The notes under the pieces are model-generated. The model was not told where the DNA came from and did no database searches. It was given only the letters and a program-made list of their open reading frames with translations. The position numbers and the translations under genes were made by a program. This document shows, piece after piece, positions 8,979-17,028 of a DNA stretch of 20,000 nt; the stretch's first letter is position 1, and every line of letters begins with the position of its first letter. Where the stretch lies: the IMG/VR virus record IMGVR_UViG_3300048502_000057; one strand, given 5' to 3'. The DNA is from an uncultured virus (IMG/VR IMGVR_UViG_3300048502_000057). Taxonomy: Duplodnaviria > Heunggongvirae > Uroviricota > Caudoviricetes.

Positions 8979-9007
8979 ACCCTAGGGGATAATTCTCCCC
9001 ATTGCCA
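8979..9007 (-). promoter_or_regulatory. Leftward promoter with operator filling the spacer
   Basis: Minus strand TGGCAA-TGGGGAGAATTATCCCC(17)-TAGGGT; spacer identical to the 10664-10680 copy. Confidence 0.7.
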
Positions 9008-9036
9008 GCACAAAATGATGCGGGGACAAAAATATC

Positions 9037-9065
9037 TTGAGGGGGAGGCCGGGGCCTGATATTGG
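9037..9065 (+). promoter_or_regulatory. Candidate rightward promoter, possibly giving a leaderless mRNA
   Basis: TTGAGG-N17-TATTGG ending 7 nt before ATG 9073. Confidence 0.35.
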
Positions 9066-9072
9066 GTAGGGA

Positions 9073-9336
9073 ATGTTTGAACAGCTTATAATCGATAATT
9101 TGCTAGCTATTGCATCAGCCTATTGCCAGGGAACCGGCAGGACGATCAATGCCGTCAGTAAGGATTTCTACGGCCGGTCCGACTTTTTCGACAAGCTCAA
9201 GGCTCGGGAAGCCACGATTACCATCGATCGGCTAGGGCAAATGATCGAACGATTTCGGGCAGAATGGCCGACAGGCAAGGTTTCATGGCCCAATACGCGG
9301 CCGGTATTTATGACAATCGTTCCGTCTGAAACCTAA
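9073..9336 (+). CDS. Cro-like HTH transcriptional regulator
   Basis: 87 aa; AYCQGTGRTINAVSKDFYGRSDFFDKLK...TI...WP pattern of alphaproteobacterial phage Cro-like proteins; first gene of the divergent operon. Confidence 0.7.
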   Translation: MFEQLIIDNLLAIASAYCQGTGRTINAVSKDFYGRSDFFDKLKAREATITIDRLGQMIERFRAEWPTGKVSWPNTRPVFMTIVPSET

Positions 9337-9343
9337 AATAGAC

Positions 9344-9359
9344 GGGGATAATTTTCCCA
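9344..9359. promoter_or_regulatory. Operator copy GGGGATAATTTTCCCA
   Basis: 15/16 match to the 18076 copy; intergenic, just after the regulator gene. Confidence 0.7.
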
Positions 9360-9383
9360 AATCTTGTTGCGAAACGTCCCGCT

Positions 9384-9596
9384 ATGTGGGATTTTGCGCG
9401 AATCATGCAGACGAATTTGCCAGATACCGATCTTGACGAAGTCGAGATTGTGTCGCTCGCTCTCCCGCTAGATCGGGCGACGGTCGCGTGGCTTGGGAAA
9501 ATATCCGTTGATGACAGGGACGCAGCGGAAAAGGTAGCCTGCATGTTGCGCATGATCCGCGAGGACGATGATTACGCGCATCGATCCCTTCATTAA
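9384..9596 (+). CDS. Hypothetical protein (start 9384 or 9405)
   Basis: ORF in operon orientation. Confidence 0.55.
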   Translation: MWDFARIMQTNLPDTDLDEVEIVSLALPLDRATVAWLGKISVDDRDAAEKVACMLRMIREDDDYAHRSLH

Positions 9597-9614
9597 CCCT
9601 TAGGAGCATCCCCA

Positions 9615-10049
9615 ATGGGGCGACCGCGAAAACCGAAACCGGAACCTGAAATCGAGGCACTGCAAGCCGCCGAAGCCGCAAAACCCAAGTCGGCAGATAC
9701 GGCGATTGCTGTCATCTCCGCCGGCAAGCTCAAGAAACTGCTCGCCTCACACCGCGCCGCAAAGCGGGATTCGGCCCAGATCGCTCAGGCTCTCGGTGCT
9801 GAGATCAAGGAAGCGGTATCCAACAATCATCTGCACGGCGGCGCGTTCAAGCTCGTTGCCAAGTTGGACAAGATGGAGCCGGAAGAGCTCTCCCTGTTCA
9901 TGGATCATTTCGAGCACTATTACGTGTCGGCCGGGCTCGAAAAGCGGGCCAATTCCGTCATGCGGATGGATTTGCCAGAGGGCGACGAAGCCGAAGGCGA
10001 GGAAGAAACGAACGCGGTTCAGTTCCCGACTACGGCCGGATCGGCGTAA
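9615..10049 (+). CDS. GapR/DUF2312-like DNA-binding protein
   Basis: AGGAG RBS; helical core KLKKLL...IKEAVSNNHLHGGAFKLVAKLDKMEPEE...YYVSAGL resembles the GapR pattern. Confidence 0.55.
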   Translation: MGRPRKPKPEPEIEALQAAEAAKPKSADTAIAVISAGKLKKLLASHRAAKRDSAQIAQALGAEIKEAVSNNHLHGGAFKLVAKLDKMEPEELSLFMDHFEHYYVSAGLEKRANSVMRMDLPEGDEAEGEEETNAVQFPTTAGSA

Positions 10050-10055
10050 TCGGCA

Positions 10056-10655
10056 TTGACCGTAATTCTTGGCATAGATCCCGGGATGACTGGCGGCATT
10101 GCGCTGATAGAATCGGGCAATTCCGCTAAGGTCTTATTTGCCGGTCACATTCCGACAACCGGGGATCTTGCCAAGAAACGGGTTAACGTTCTTGCCGTAT
10201 TGGCGATCATTCAGAAATACAAACCAAATCACGGTTTTATCGAGCGCGCCCAGGCGATGCCTAGCCGTATGCAGGATGGCAGGCTTGTTGCGCAGGGCGC
10301 ATCATCAGGCTTCAACTACGGGCGCGCTGTAGGGGCTTTAGAAGCCTCTGTGCAGGGCTCCCGCGTGCCCCTGACGATTATCGAGTCTACAGCCTGGAAA
10401 CGAGCCCACGGCCTTATCAAGCCTCAGGGCGTTGACGGAAAGGAATGGGCGAAGGTCGTCAAGGAAAACAGCCGGCAACGTGCGCTGATGCTATTTCCCG
10501 ATGCGGCACCGTTTTTTGCTCGTCGGCTCGACCACGGCCCTGCCGAGGCCGTCCTGATCGCGCATTACGGATTGCAATACCTAGCCGGAGCCTTTGCGCC
10601 GGCGCCAAAGGCCACCCTCCGCGGCGGCCGGCAACTCAATTTGCTAGAACGGTAA
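10056..10655 (+). CDS. RuvC-like Holliday junction resolvase
   Basis: ILGIDPGMTGGIA, FIE, QGASSGFNYG, WK, DHGPAEAVLIA motifs. Confidence 0.88.
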   Translation: MTVILGIDPGMTGGIALIESGNSAKVLFAGHIPTTGDLAKKRVNVLAVLAIIQKYKPNHGFIERAQAMPSRMQDGRLVAQGASSGFNYGRAVGALEASVQGSRVPLTIIESTAWKRAHGLIKPQGVDGKEWAKVVKENSRQRALMLFPDAAPFFARRLDHGPAEAVLIAHYGLQYLAGAFAPAPKATLRGGRQLNLLER

Positions 10656-10657
10656 CC

Positions 10658-10686
10658 TTGCATTGGGGAGAATTATCCCCTAGAAC
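10658..10686 (+). promoter_or_regulatory. Internal promoter with operator filling the spacer
   Basis: TTGCAT-TGGGGAGAATTATCCCC(17)-TAGAAC upstream of the AAGGAGG RBS of the helicase. Confidence 0.75.
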
Positions 10687-10710
10687 CTCCGAAGCGAGCA
10701 AGGAGGATCA

Positions 10711-12084
10711 ATGACCGACTATCAGAAATTTCTAGCAAAAAAGAAACTTCGCGCTCAGGAACGCGGATTAAAGCATATGCCGGTGCTTTCCAATCATCTT
10801 TTTCCATTTCAGAAAACATGCGTCGAATTTGCCTTGCGTGCCGGATCGGCCGGTAACTTTCTGTCGACGGGGCTCGGCAAGACAGCATGTGAGCTCGAAT
10901 GGGCCGCTCATGCCGCCGACGCCACGAACGGTCGCGCGCTCATATTGGCCCCGCTGTCGGTTGGCTGGCAGATTGCGCAAGAGGCCGAGCGCTGGGGATA
11001 TGACGCCAAAGTCATCCGCGATATGTCGGAGATCGATTGGGGCATTAATATTTGCAATTACGATCGGCTGGACAAGTTGGAACCGGCAGCGTTCGGCGCC
11101 GTGGCACTTGATGAAGCGAGCATACTAAAATCGTTCGGGGGGAAAACGTCTCAGGCGCTAATCCAGGCGTTCGCGAGTCACCGTTTTCGGCTCTCTGCCA
11201 CGGCGACGCCGGCCCCGAACGATCACATGGAATTGGGGCAGCAATCCGATTTCCTCGGGATCATGCCATCGTCAGAAATGCTCATGCGGTGGTTCATCAA
11301 CGATACGTCCGTTGCCTCGCAGGAATGGCGCCTCAAGAAGCATGCCGTCAATGACTTCTGGGATTGGTGCGCTTCGTGGTCGCGCATGGCGGAAATGCCA
11401 TCCGATCTTGGCGATAGCGACGAAGGTTTCGTTCTGCCGGCAATGAAGATCATTCGGCATCGGGCAGAGGCATCGCCAATCAAGGGCGCGGACCTATTCG
11501 GCATGGTCGATATGTCGGCAACGCAGATGCATGAGGTCAAACGGACCACGGCCGGCAATCGGTCGAAGTCGGTTGCCGATCTCGTCAACGCATCCACATC
11601 GGAGCCGTGGGTTATCTGGTGTGATACCGATTATGAGGCGGACGCGATCAAGGAACGTATCTGCCCTACGCAAAGGAAATCCGCGGTTCGCACACGCCGG
11701 AGTGAGAGAGGGAATACTGCGAGCTTTCGCTGATGGCATCTGTGCGCGTGCTCGTAACTAAACCCTCAATTGACGGGTTCGGGCTCAACTGGCAGCACTG
11801 CGCGCGTACTGCGTTCGTCGGCCGCACATTCTCGTATGAAGGCATGGTATCAGGCCGTGCGCCGGTTCTGGCGGTTCGGTCAAAAGCGCGAAGTCGAAGT
11901 CCATCTGATCGTGGCAGAAGGCGAAGACGCGATTGCGCGCGTGATTGACCGCAAGGCAGACGACCATATCATCATGAAAAATGCGATGCGCGCCGCGATG
12001 GCGCGAGCCAACGACAAGTCAGTAAAACGACAGACCGCATATGCCCCGAAACACAAAGCAAAGGTGCCTGAATGGCTAAAGTAA
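10711..12084 (+). pseudogene. SNF2/SF2 helicase-like ATPase with about 4 frameshifts in 11655-11845
   Basis: LSTGLGKT, LDEAS, ATATPAPND; C-terminal motifs TKPSI.GFGLNWQH and YQAVRRFWRFGQ lie in other frames. Confidence 0.85.
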
Positions 12085-12605
12085 TCAAGTGCATTGAGGC
12101 TACTCATGGTGAAAATTTCTCGACATATTGCGGGGACAGTTGCCAGATCGTGCCTCAGCTCGCATCGGAGACGGTAGGATTTTCCCTGTATTCTCCACCG
12201 TTTACGAACATTTTTATTCGTATACAGCGACAGCGAAGCTGACATGGGGAACTGCACAACGGATGAAGAGTTCAATCAGCACTATGCATATCTCGTTCGT
12301 GATCTTCTGCGAGTCACTAAGCCCGGTCGTTTGACAGCAGTTCATTGCTCTGACTTGCCGTCGTCGAAGTGGAAAGACGGCGTGATCGGGCTCAAGGACT
12401 TCCCCGGCGATATCGTCCGCATCCATCAGTCCGAGGGTTGGATTTTTCATTCGCGAACGATCGTCTGGCGCGATCCCGTTGTCGAGATGACCCGCACCAA
12501 GGCTCTCGGGCTGCTCTACAAGCAACTCAAGAAGGACAGCACCAAGAGCCGCATGGGCATTTGCGATCAAGTTCTTGTATTTCGTAAAATGAGGCCGCCG
12601 AGTGA
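12072..12605 (+). pseudogene. N4-C/N6-A DNA methyltransferase, frameshifted near 12215 and missing its C-terminal half
   Basis: ATG 12072 MAKVIK...YCGDSC...YSPPF, then in another frame YSDSEADMGN...RVTKPGR...VLVFRK; no SAM-binding motif follows; a residual EAAE* ends at 12605. Confidence 0.8.
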
Positions 12606-12703
12606 CTTCGGTTATTGTGCGTCATTCATTCGCCAATCCGTATTGGTGGGGTTGGCACCGCTTTTTGATTTGGGAAGGTATCCGCCGCGGGCGGATGCCA
12701 TGA
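12602..12703 (+). CDS. 33-aa Trp-rich peptide
   Basis: GTGA and ATGA overlaps at both ends; MTSVIVRHSFANPYWWGWHRFLIWEGIRRGRMP. Confidence 0.45.
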   Translation: MTSVIVRHSFANPYWWGWHRFLIWEGIRRGRMP

Positions 12704-12936
12704 CCGATCGGAAAGCCAAGCAGATGCTCCGGGCTGAGCTCTACGGCGATCAGCACGGTTGCTGCTATTACTGCGAGGAACCGATGACGCTGCTTTCTCG
12801 GTATCCGATGGGTACTTCCCTAGCCTCCAACGTTTGCACGCTTGGGCGGGCTCCGGAAGGTCACCACGTGGCCGTCTGCAACGGGTGCAACGTCGGCAAG
12901 AATGAGCGAGATAAGATGAGGCGGCGGGCTGGATAG
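12700..12936 (+). CDS. Degenerate HNH-like zinc-binding protein
   Basis: QHGCCYYCEEPM ... VAVCNGCNVGK; the usual D/E-H motif is absent. Confidence 0.65.
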   Translation: MTDRKAKQMLRAELYGDQHGCCYYCEEPMTLLSRYPMGTSLASNVCTLGRAPEGHHVAVCNGCNVGKNERDKMRRRAG

Positions 12937-12939
12937 CAC

Positions 12940-12969
12940 TTGCCAGCGTCCGGGAATATGGCTTACAAA
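12940..12969 (+). promoter_or_regulatory. Candidate promoter for the structured sense leader RNA
   Basis: TTGCCA-N18-TACAAA right after the HNH stop. Confidence 0.4.
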
Positions 12970-13005
12970 AGCAAACGGCCCGCTAGAAGCTGATCCAGCG
13001 GGCCG
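12967..13005 (-). terminator. Intrinsic terminator of the antisense RNA
   Basis: Minus strand CGGCCCGCTGGA-TCAGCT-TCTAGCGGGCCG-TTTGCTTTT; the G-U pair favours minus-strand folding. Confidence 0.75.
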
Positions 13006-13042
13006 AAACTAAAAGTCCGATATGCTTGGCGGCGGTCGGACA
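12967..13042 (-). ncRNA. Putative CopA/Inc-like antisense RNA (~75 nt)
   Basis: Own sigma70-like promoter upstream, hairpin exposing CGCCAA, ends in a GC-rich stem plus U-tract. Confidence 0.7.
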
Positions 13043-13048
13043 GGAAAA

Positions 13049-13077
13049 GACTTAGGGTCTTTATGCCCTTTTGTCAA
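13049..13077 (-). promoter_or_regulatory. Antisense promoter
   Basis: Minus strand TTGACA-AAAGGGCATAAAGACCC(17)-TAAGTC. Confidence 0.75.
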
Positions 13078-13425
13078 ATATCCTGACAAATAATCCCGCC
13101 AAGCGTCATCGGTTCCATACCTGCCATCTTGGCCGGGGCGCATTCGTGCGTCGGGGCTCGCCATGTCGGGGGCAGGGACGCTGTGTGAGGGTTCTTGCGC
13201 TTGTTCGCTTGCCCTGGCCGGGTGCGTCGCATGGGATATGCCGGTACAGCTGGCGGCGCAGTGGCCGCAAGTTGCATCTTCTAACTTCCGGAGGCGTAAT
13301 TTTATTGCGCCGAAGGGGGTAAGGGGGTGTGACTGTGGGTAGGAAGAAAGAAGGTCTATCGGTTAAGGAAGAATAGTAAGAAAGTATAAGAATATTACAC
13401 TGTTAGCTGTTGAAAGAGGGGAACC

Positions 13426-15900
13426 ATGATCTCGGAACTTCGACCCTACCAAGTTGAAGCGTTGGCCAACATCCGCAACAGCATTCGGGGAGGGGTCAAG
13501 CGGCTGGTTGTGCAGGCTGCGACCGGGGCCGGAAAGTGCCTTGGCATCGGCACGCCAGTTTTAAAATTTGATGGCCAGATTGTTCCAGTCGAAAGCATTG
13601 TTGCTGGCGACCGACTGATGGGGCCAGACAGCAAGCCTCGGAATGTGGTCGGCGTTTGCCGCGACCGTGGCCCGCTGTTTCGGATTGTTCCGACCAAGGG
13701 CGACCAATGGGTTTGCAATGACGTTCATGTTTTGACGTTGGTTGAAAGTCAAAGCGGTCAGATTGTGGACGTTCCCTTGGACGAATATCTTCGCACAAAC
13801 AAAACATTCAAACATGTTCATAAATTATTTTCACCGGAATGTGGGATAGATTTTTCGCCGTCTAACGATCCGGACGTGCCGGGTTATTTTCTTGGTTTAT
13901 GGATTGGAGATGGCACGAAGTCGCTTCGGGGTGTTTCAATATCCAAACCTGACATCGAGGTCCGAGATGAATGTGAGAGGGTTGCGGTCGCCAATAGAGG
14001 AACAATTTCTACTAGTTCTTCTGGCAGTTGCCCAACCTATCATGTCGTCACGCCGCGTGGAAAACCTAATCGGTTATTGGAAAAAATGCGGGCGCTTATG
14101 GGGCGCGGCGACATACCGTTATCGGTGTTAACCGCATCTCGCCAATATCGCGCCTCGGTTTTGGCTGGGGTAATTGATACCGATGGGTACGTTGCAAAAG
14201 GATGTTGTGAAGTTGCTCAGAAGTCCGAGATGCTGGCTAGCGGAATAACGTTTCTTGCTAGGTCATTGGGAATGAAAGTTACATGCGCTGACAAAATAGT
14301 TAATGGAGCAGTTTACAAGCGCATGATGATTAGTGGAGATTTTTCAAATATCCCGACTAGAATAGCTCGCAAAACTGCCGGTACTCGCAAACAAAAAAAA
14401 TGTGCCACTAGAACTGGATTTGCTGTTGAGCCAATTGGTGTCGGAGAATATGCCGGGTTTGAACTAGATGGAGACGGTCGATTTTTGCTTGGAGATTTCA
14501 CCGTTACGCATAACACGAAAATCTCAGCGGCTATAGTCGAGGGGTGCCGCAGCAAAAACAATCGGGTGGCCTTTGTATGCCCAGCAATCAGCCTTATCGA
14601 TCAGACGGTCGAAAGTTTCTACGCGGAGGGTATTCGCGACATCGGGGTTATCCAAGCGAATCACGAAATGACCGATTGGAGCCGTCCGGTCCAAGTTTGC
14701 TCAATCCAGACCATTCAAGCGAGGGGCGCATTTCCACAAGCGCAAACTGTGCTATTTGATGAATGCCACAAGATCCACAAATCTATGATTGCATGGTTGC
14801 AGCATCCGGACTGGCGCAACGTCCCGATGATTGGTCTCTCAGCTACGCCATGGACGAAAGGGCTCGGCAAATATTTTGACAGCCTGCTAGTCGCTGCGAC
14901 GACTTCGGAATTAATCGAGCAGGGATATTTGTCACCGTTCAAGGTATTTGCTTCAGGTCATCCAGATTTGTCCAACGTGAAGGTTGTTGCCGGCGATTAT
15001 CATGAGGGGCAGTTGAGCATGGCGATGCAAAGCGGGGAGCTTACTGCCGACATCATCAAAACATGGCGCGAGAAATGGGGGAAAGGAAAAACCTTGTGCT
15101 TTGGGGTAGACAAGGCGCATGCCAAATCAATCCAAGAGCGGTTCGAATATGCTGGTATCCGTTGCGGATATCAGGATTCTGAAACGACTGCCGACGAACG
15201 CCGCGAGATCAAGCGCAAATTTCACAACGGAGAGTACGCGGTAGTTTCGAATATCCAAACGCTAACAACGGGTGTGGACTGGGATGTTAGGTGTTTGATC
15301 CTTGCGCGCCCAACGCGCTCGGAAATGCTTTACACGCAAATCATTGGACGTGCATTGCGGACGGCGCCTGGAAAGGACTGCGCCTTGATTTTAGATCATT
15401 CAGACAGTTCGACAAAACTCGGTCTAGTTACTGACATTCATCATGATCATCTTAATGGCGGAAAGGTTCAGCAAAAGGAAAAGACAAAAGAAAAATTGCC
15501 GAAGGAATGTCCGCAGTGCCACATGATTAAGAAGGCCAAGAAATGCCCTAACTGCGGCTACGAGGTGGTGATTACGTCCGACATCATGGAGCAGGATGGC
15601 GAACTCGTTGAATTTTCAGGCGGGAAAAAGGGAAAAGGGAAAGCGCGCGAGATGACATCGGACGAGAAGCGCACCTTTCTTGCCGAACTGAAATGCTATT
15701 GTTTGCAGCATGGCTACAAGTCTGGCTGGGCCGCGAATAAATACAAAGATCGATTGAAAGTATGGCCGCATCATTCGATAGCAGATGTGCCGCCCGCAAA
15801 GATGGTTTCTCCCACTACGGCGCTTTGGATCAGAGCGAGAGCTATTGCATTTGCAAAAACAAAAAAAATTGGAGTTGAAGCGGGGACTCCTAGAGCATGA
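13426..15900 (+). CDS. DEAD/DEAH-box SF2 helicase (RadD/YejH-like) with C-terminal Zn finger, interrupted by an intein
   Basis: LRPYQ, AATGAGK|T, FDECH, GLSATP, LTTGVD, QIIGRALR, CPQC...CPNC; GAGGGG RBS. Confidence 0.93.
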   Translation: MISELRPYQVEALANIRNSIRGGVKRLVVQAATGAGKCLGIGTPVLKFDGQIVPVESIVAGDRLMGPDSKPRNVVGVCRDRGPLFRIVPTKGDQWVCNDVHVLTLVESQSGQIVDVPLDEYLRTNKTFKHVHKLFSPECGIDFSPSNDPDVPGYFLGLWIGDGTKSLRGVSISKPDIEVRDECERVAVANRGTISTSSSGSCPTYHVVTPRGKPNRLLEKMRALMGRGDIPLSVLTASRQYRASVLAGVIDTDGYVAKGCCEVAQKSEMLASGITFLARSLGMKVTCADKIVNGAVYKRMMISGDFSNIPTRIARKTAGTRKQKKCATRTGFAVEPIGVGEYAGFELDGDGRFLLGDFTVTHNTKISAAIVEGCRSKNNRVAFVCPAISLIDQTVESFYAEGIRDIGVIQANHEMTDWSRPVQVCSIQTIQARGAFPQAQTVLFDECHKIHKSMIAWLQHPDWRNVPMIGLSATPWTKGLGKYFDSLLVAATTSELIEQGYLSPFKVFASGHPDLSNVKVVAGDYHEGQLSMAMQSGELTADIIKTWREKWGKGKTLCFGVDKAHAKSIQERFEYAGIRCGYQDSETTADERREIKRKFHNGEYAVVSNIQTLTTGVDWDVRCLILARPTRSEMLYTQIIGRALRTAPGKDCALILDHSDSSTKLGLVTDIHHDHLNGGKVQQKEKTKEKLPKECPQCHMIKKAKKCPNCGYEVVITSDIMEQDGELVEFSGGKKGKGKAREMTSDEKRTFLAELKCYCLQHGYKSGWAANKYKDRLKVWPHHSIADVPPAKMVSPTTALWIRARAIAFAKTKKIGVEAGTPRA
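13537..14514 (+). mobile_element. Intein (326 aa) with LAGLIDADG homing endonuclease
   Basis: Starts CLGIGTPV, ends GRFLLGDFTVTHN before T(+1); motifs FLGLWIGDG and LAGVIDTDG; splits Walker A GK|T. Confidence 0.95.
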
Positions 15901-16106
15901 ACGAGGACAGCCACAAAGATTTCATGCTGAGCGCACTTCGCGCCGCTAGCCTCCGCGCCAAAATGATTGAAATGGATTTGAATACTGTAGGCGTGGCTCT
16001 CAAATCCGACATGGTTACTCCAATGGAAGCGGTCGAATGGCTGCGCCAAATCGGGGCTTTAGATTTCGTGGGAAAAATTCCAGCGGCGATTGAGGCATCG
16101 ATATGA
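15897..16106 (+). CDS. Hypothetical protein (69 aa)
   Basis: ATGA-coupled at both ends. Confidence 0.7.
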   Translation: MNEDSHKDFMLSALRAASLRAKMIEMDLNTVGVALKSDMVTPMEAVEWLRQIGALDFVGKIPAAIEASI

Positions 16107-16363
16107 AATACCTGTTTGGCATCAAAGAGCGCAGGCCGGTGTTCTTTTTTCATTTTGTAAGGTGGTCATGCATCAGTTTCGGCTTTTACATTGATTTGGC
16201 ATCTCCAAATATCGAGATCCACGTTCCGTTTGGTTTCGTGCGAATTGGTTGGCAAGGAACATATAAATGGAAAAAACCTGTTTCTTTTGGAGTTACCTAT
16301 CCTGCTGAAGGCGCAACGCTTGTGCCTCCGATAGGATGGAAACCGTTGGGAAAGGAGCAATAA
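16103..16363 (+). CDS. Hypothetical protein (86 aa)
   Basis: GAGG RBS, ATGA coupling. Confidence 0.6.
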   Translation: MKYLFGIKERRPVFFFHFVRWSCISFGFYIDLASPNIEIHVPFGFVRIGWQGTYKWKKPVSFGVTYPAEGATLVPPIGWKPLGKEQ

Positions 16364-16365
16364 GC

Positions 16366-16503
16366 ATGAAAAAAACATTGGATAAGATGGACAAGAAGAC
16401 AAAACCGGGAAAACCAACCAAGCCGGTCAAACACCCCGAACGGGAGCACAAGCCGCGCCCGCTGGACGACGACGCGATGCCGCCGATCATCACGCCGATT
16501 TGA
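16366..16503 (+). CDS. Small Lys/Pro-rich protein (45 aa)
   Basis: AAGGAG RBS; MKKTLDKMDKKTKPGKP...PPIITPI. Confidence 0.55.
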   Translation: MKKTLDKMDKKTKPGKPTKPVKHPEREHKPRPLDDDAMPPIITPI

Positions 16504-16517
16504 AGGACTCGCAGGCA

Positions 16518-16721
16518 GTGATGAACGAGGAAACGCTTATGCCTATGCCAAGCGCCTCGGCTTCGAGGATGAAACTGCGACAGATGATCCGCGAAGGAAA
16601 TGGCGATCCGGAATCGCCTCCGCACCGAACCGACAATCCAGACGTAATCCAGGCGATGCGCGGAGATCCGGCGACTATTTCGGTAGTGCGAGATGGGCAG
16701 AACGTGCCGAAGCGCCGCTAA
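16518..16721 (+). CDS. Hypothetical protein
   Basis: ORF in operon; start GTG 16518 or ATG 16521. Confidence 0.5.
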   Translation: MMNEETLMPMPSASASRMKLRQMIREGNGDPESPPHRTDNPDVIQAMRGDPATISVVRDGQNVPKRR

Positions 16722-16767
16722 CGGCAAGCAAAGGTTAAACGAGGTTCCCAACGACGGAGATCCAAAC

Positions 16768-17028
16768 ATGACAATCGAAGTTGTGTTCCTAGACTCAGGC
16801 CGTGAGCCGCAGTGCAAGCCGGACCCTAAATATCCGAACGGGTGAGATATTGAAATTGCAGGCAGCAACGCTCGTTGCTGTAACAACCTGCCGTATCCCG
16901 CACCTCGCTGCGGCATTTACGAGATCACATGCAATGATTGCGGGTTGAAGGTCGCGCTCACGGTTGCCGGGCGAATTGACGATCCTCGCACAATCACAAT
17001 CCCATGCAAGGTAAAGCTAGCGTCATGA
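16768..17028 (+). CDS. Cys-rich small protein with in-frame TGA at 16843-16845 (recoded, pseudogene or error)
   Basis: GGAGA RBS; frame stays open for 60 codons after the TGA and ends in an ATGA overlap with the ParB-N gene. Confidence 0.65.

Noticed and set aside
9022..9037. Additional operator GGGGACAAAAATATCT
   Set aside because: Only one half-site matches
11655..11845. Programmed frameshifting in the SNF2 helicase
   Set aside because: About four shifts in 200 bp with no slippery heptamers
12244..12936. Methyltransferase-HNH fusion protein (230-aa ORF)
   Set aside because: Better explained by a deletion junction at ~12588; the HNH has its own coupled start at 12700
13071..13322. 83-aa ORF as a replication initiator
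   Set aside because: TTG start without RBS, Arg/Gly-rich with no domain pattern, and it overlaps structured RNA elements
16843..16845. Genome-wide TGA reassignment
   Set aside because: Many genes end in TGA with ATGA coupling; only one in-frame case
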